Positions 61,755-64,000 of a stretch of 64,000 nucleotides of DNA are shown here, one piece after another. The notes below the pieces were generated by a model that was given only the letters and a program-made list of their open reading frames with translations, made no database searches and had not been told where the DNA came from. Both the position numbers and the translations under genes were made by a program. Source of the stretch: Clostridia bacterium (GTDB lineage: Bacteria > Bacillota > Clostridia > CAKSNL01 > HGM11501). The stretch covers positions 107,590-171,589 of the forward strand of contig JAZQAZ010000010.1 of the NCBI GenBank assembly GCA_045545475.1, read 5' to 3'. Each line of letters starts with the position of its first letter. Within the stretch, counting starts at the first letter, position 1.

Positions 61755-63506
61755 ATGGCAAAAAAGATGATTAATTTAAAGATAAACGGCAAAGATATTA
61801 CAGTTCCCGAGGGTTATACCATTCTTCAGGCTGCTAAAGAGGCTAAGATTCATATCCCCACACTGTGCTATCTTAAGGACTTAAATGAAATTGGTGCGTG
61901 CAGAATGTGCGTAGTTGAAGTTAAGGGTGCAAGAGCTTTGCAGGCTGCCTGCGTATATCCCGTTTCCGAGGGACTTGAAGTTTATACAAATTCTGCAAAG
62001 GTAAGAAGTGCAAGAAAGGCTACTCTTGAGCTTATCCTTTCCAACCACGACAAGAAGTGTCTTACCTGCATCAGAAACGGTAACTGCGAACTTCAGAAGC
62101 TTTCCGAAGACCTTGGCATTACAAGCGTAAGATTCGGTTCTGAAGAAGAAAACACAATGCATGAAATCGATTCATCTTCTCCTTCACTTGTTAGAAATAA
62201 CAACAAGTGCGTACTTTGCAGAAGGTGTATCGCTGCCTGCGACAATCAGGAAATCAGCGTAATTCAGGCAAAGGAGAGAGGTTTCGCTACAAACATCGGC
62301 GGAGCATTTGACCTTCCTGTTGCAGAAACTCCCTGTATTTACTGTGGTCAGTGTATCGTTGCTTGTCCCACAGGTGCTCTTCATGAAAAGGATGACACCG
62401 CTAAGGTTTGGGCAGCAATCAACGATCCCGATAAGCACGTTGTATTCCAGACAGCTCCTGCTGTAAGAGCAGCAATCGGTGAAGAGTTCGGCTTCAAAGC
62501 TGGTACTCCCACAACAGGTAAGATGGTTGCTGCAATTAGACAGCTTGGTGCTGACAAGGTATTTGATACCGATACAGGTGCTGACCTTACAATTATGGAA
62601 GAGGGAACAGAGTTCATCAAGAGATTTACCGAAGGTAAGAATCTTCCTCTCATCACTTCCTGCAGCCCCGGTTGGGTTAAGTATTGCGAGACATATTATC
62701 CCGAATTTATCGATAATCTGTCTTCTGCTAAGTCTCCCATGGAGATGTTCGGTGCAATCCTTAAGACATACTACTGCAAGAAGAATAAGATTGATCCCGA
62801 AAAGCTTTTCGTTGTAGCTGTAATGCCCTGTACTTCCAAGAAGTTTGAGGCATCCCGTCCCGAAATGGCTGACGGCGGACATGGCCCCGACATTGACGTT
62901 TCCATCACAACAAGAGAGCTTGCAAGAATGATTAAGTCTGCAGGTATTGACTTTGCAGGACTTGATGATGAGCACTTTGATCAGCCCTTCGGCGATGCAA
63001 CAGGTGCAGGCGTTATCTTCGGTGCAACCGGTGGTGTTATGGAAGCAGCTCTTCGTACAGTTTCCGAAGTTCTTACAGGCAAAACTCTTGAGAATATCGA
63101 CTTCAAGGCTGTAAGAGGAACAAAGGGCGTTAAGACTGCTACACTTGAAATCGCAGGCAAGGAAGTAAATATTGCTGTTGCTCACGGTATCAAGAATGTT
63201 AAGAAGGTACTCAACGACGTTAAGAGCGGTAAGGCTCATTATGACTTCATCGAAATGATGGCTTGCCCCGGTGGCTGCGTATGCGGCGGCGGTCAGCCCA
63301 TCCACAGTGCAGATTATCTGTCTGATCATGACCTTAAGGCACTTCGTGCAAAGGCTCTTTATCAGGAAGATGTTAACGCAGAATTAAGAAAGTCTCACGA
63401 GAACCCCGTTATTAAGGAACTTTACGACAACTTCCTCGGTGAACCCTGCGGAAAGATGTCTCATAAGCTTCTTCATACTAAGTATACTAAGAGAGACAAA
63501 TATTGA
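61755..63506 (+). CDS. hndD: [FeFe]-hydrogenase catalytic subunit (HndD/HydA, group A)
   Basis: TSCSPGW, MPCTSKKFE, EMMACPGGCVCGGGQP; N-terminal Fe-S domains. Confidence 0.93.
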   Translation: MAKKMINLKINGKDITVPEGYTILQAAKEAKIHIPTLCYLKDLNEIGACRMCVVEVKGARALQAACVYPVSEGLEVYTNSAKVRSARKATLELILSNHDKKCLTCIRNGNCELQKLSEDLGITSVRFGSEEENTMHEIDSSSPSLVRNNNKCVLCRRCIAACDNQEISVIQAKERGFATNIGGAFDLPVAETPCIYCGQCIVACPTGALHEKDDTAKVWAAINDPDKHVVFQTAPAVRAAIGEEFGFKAGTPTTGKMVAAIRQLGADKVFDTDTGADLTIMEEGTEFIKRFTEGKNLPLITSCSPGWVKYCETYYPEFIDNLSSAKSPMEMFGAILKTYYCKKNKIDPEKLFVVAVMPCTSKKFEASRPEMADGGHGPDIDVSITTRELARMIKSAGIDFAGLDDEHFDQPFGDATGAGVIFGATGGVMEAALRTVSEVLTGKTLENIDFKAVRGTKGVKTATLEIAGKEVNIAVAHGIKNVKKVLNDVKSGKAHYDFIEMMACPGGCVCGGGQPIHSADYLSDHDLKALRAKALYQEDVNAELRKSHENPVIKELYDNFLGEPCGKMSHKLLHTKYTKRDKY

Positions 63507-63525
63507 GATTAATTTCTTAAAAGTT

Positions 63526-63557
63526 AAACGGACAGGCAATGCCTGTCCGTTTTTTTA
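63526..63557 (+). terminator. Intrinsic terminator
   Basis: AAACGGACAGGC-AAT-GCCTGTCCGTTT followed by T-tract. Confidence 0.85.
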
Positions 63558-63654
63558 TTGGTTGATTAGGGAAAGCGTATTGCTCAGAATTTTTAGTTAT
63601 TTAATAAATAAAAGAGTCTCAAATTGAGAATCTGGAGGAAGTATGCTTATCTAT

Positions 63655-64000
63655 GAAAGAGGGATTCGCTTTTCTGCGGAAAAGCCACGCCGTGAAAAAC
63701 AGTCCCCCGGACTGTCATTCACTACCGTCGGTTCGAATCCTCCGTCAATATTTGCCAACAAAAAAAGATACCCTTGTGGGTATCTTTTTTTGTTGGCGGA
63801 CAGAGAGGGAACAGCCGCTTCGCGTCTTAACTGCTCGGTTACCCTGAAGGGTCCCAACCTCGCACCTTTTTTGCTAAAAACGATAATCAATCGTTTTCTT
63901 AACGCAAAAACCCCCTCGGGGTTCGAATCCTTTCATTCATTAACAAAAAAAGATACCCTTGCGGGTATCTTTTTTTGTTGGCGGACAGAGAGGGAACAGC
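63655..64000. repeat. Tandem palindromic repeats containing tRNA T-loop and 3'-end mimics (period ~185 nt)
   Basis: 59-nt unit at 63757-63815 and 63942-64000 (one mismatch), each preceded by GGTTCGAATCC. Confidence 0.8.

Noticed and set aside
62650-62680. TSCSP instead of TSCCP in the hydrogenase L1 motif
   Set aside because: From memory this variant is common in clostridial multimeric hydrogenases, so it is not evidence of inactivity or novelty.
62184-63329. 381-aa antisense ORF and other shadow ORFs in the track
   Set aside because: They lie opposite well-supported genes and reflect codon bias.
63700-63940. tRNA genes at the GGTTCGAATCC motifs
   Set aside because: No acceptor, D or anticodon stems can be built around them.

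Overview
Chromosomal window from a spore-forming, low-GC Clostridia-type Firmicute (cotJABC, [FeFe]-hydrogenase cluster, copper-amine-oxidase-N-anchored surface proteins). Bases 1 to ~18.7 kb are the right part of an integrative island next to the 3' end of tRNA-Ser(CGA). Its cargo is defence-like: macro-domain protein, restriction-type helicase, alphaCTD/sigma4 protein, GmrSD, an Mrr broken by one stop codon, and two Fic proteins. Its mobility module has a serine resolvase, two tyrosine recombinases and an excisionase. The most unusual feature is a ~1.65 kb gene-free stretch in that module (14.5-16.2 kb). It holds four tandem promoter-driven cassettes that all begin with the same 35-nt tandem motif (GTAAAAATGGTAAGCAGTTAAAAyGGTAAGCAGTT) and continue into RNA hairpins, followed by a ~500-nt multi-branched structure that leads into a tyrosine recombinase. 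The rest of the window is carbohydrate-utilisation loci, a stand-alone retron (promoter, msr-msd, RT, terminator, no effector), a macro/vWA/ADP-ribosylhydrolase/Nudix cluster, cotJABC, an Hnd/HydABC-type hydrogenase with its regulatory genes, and tRNA-mimic palindromic repeats at the right edge. All calls come from reading the sequence by eye; no database search or folding program was run.
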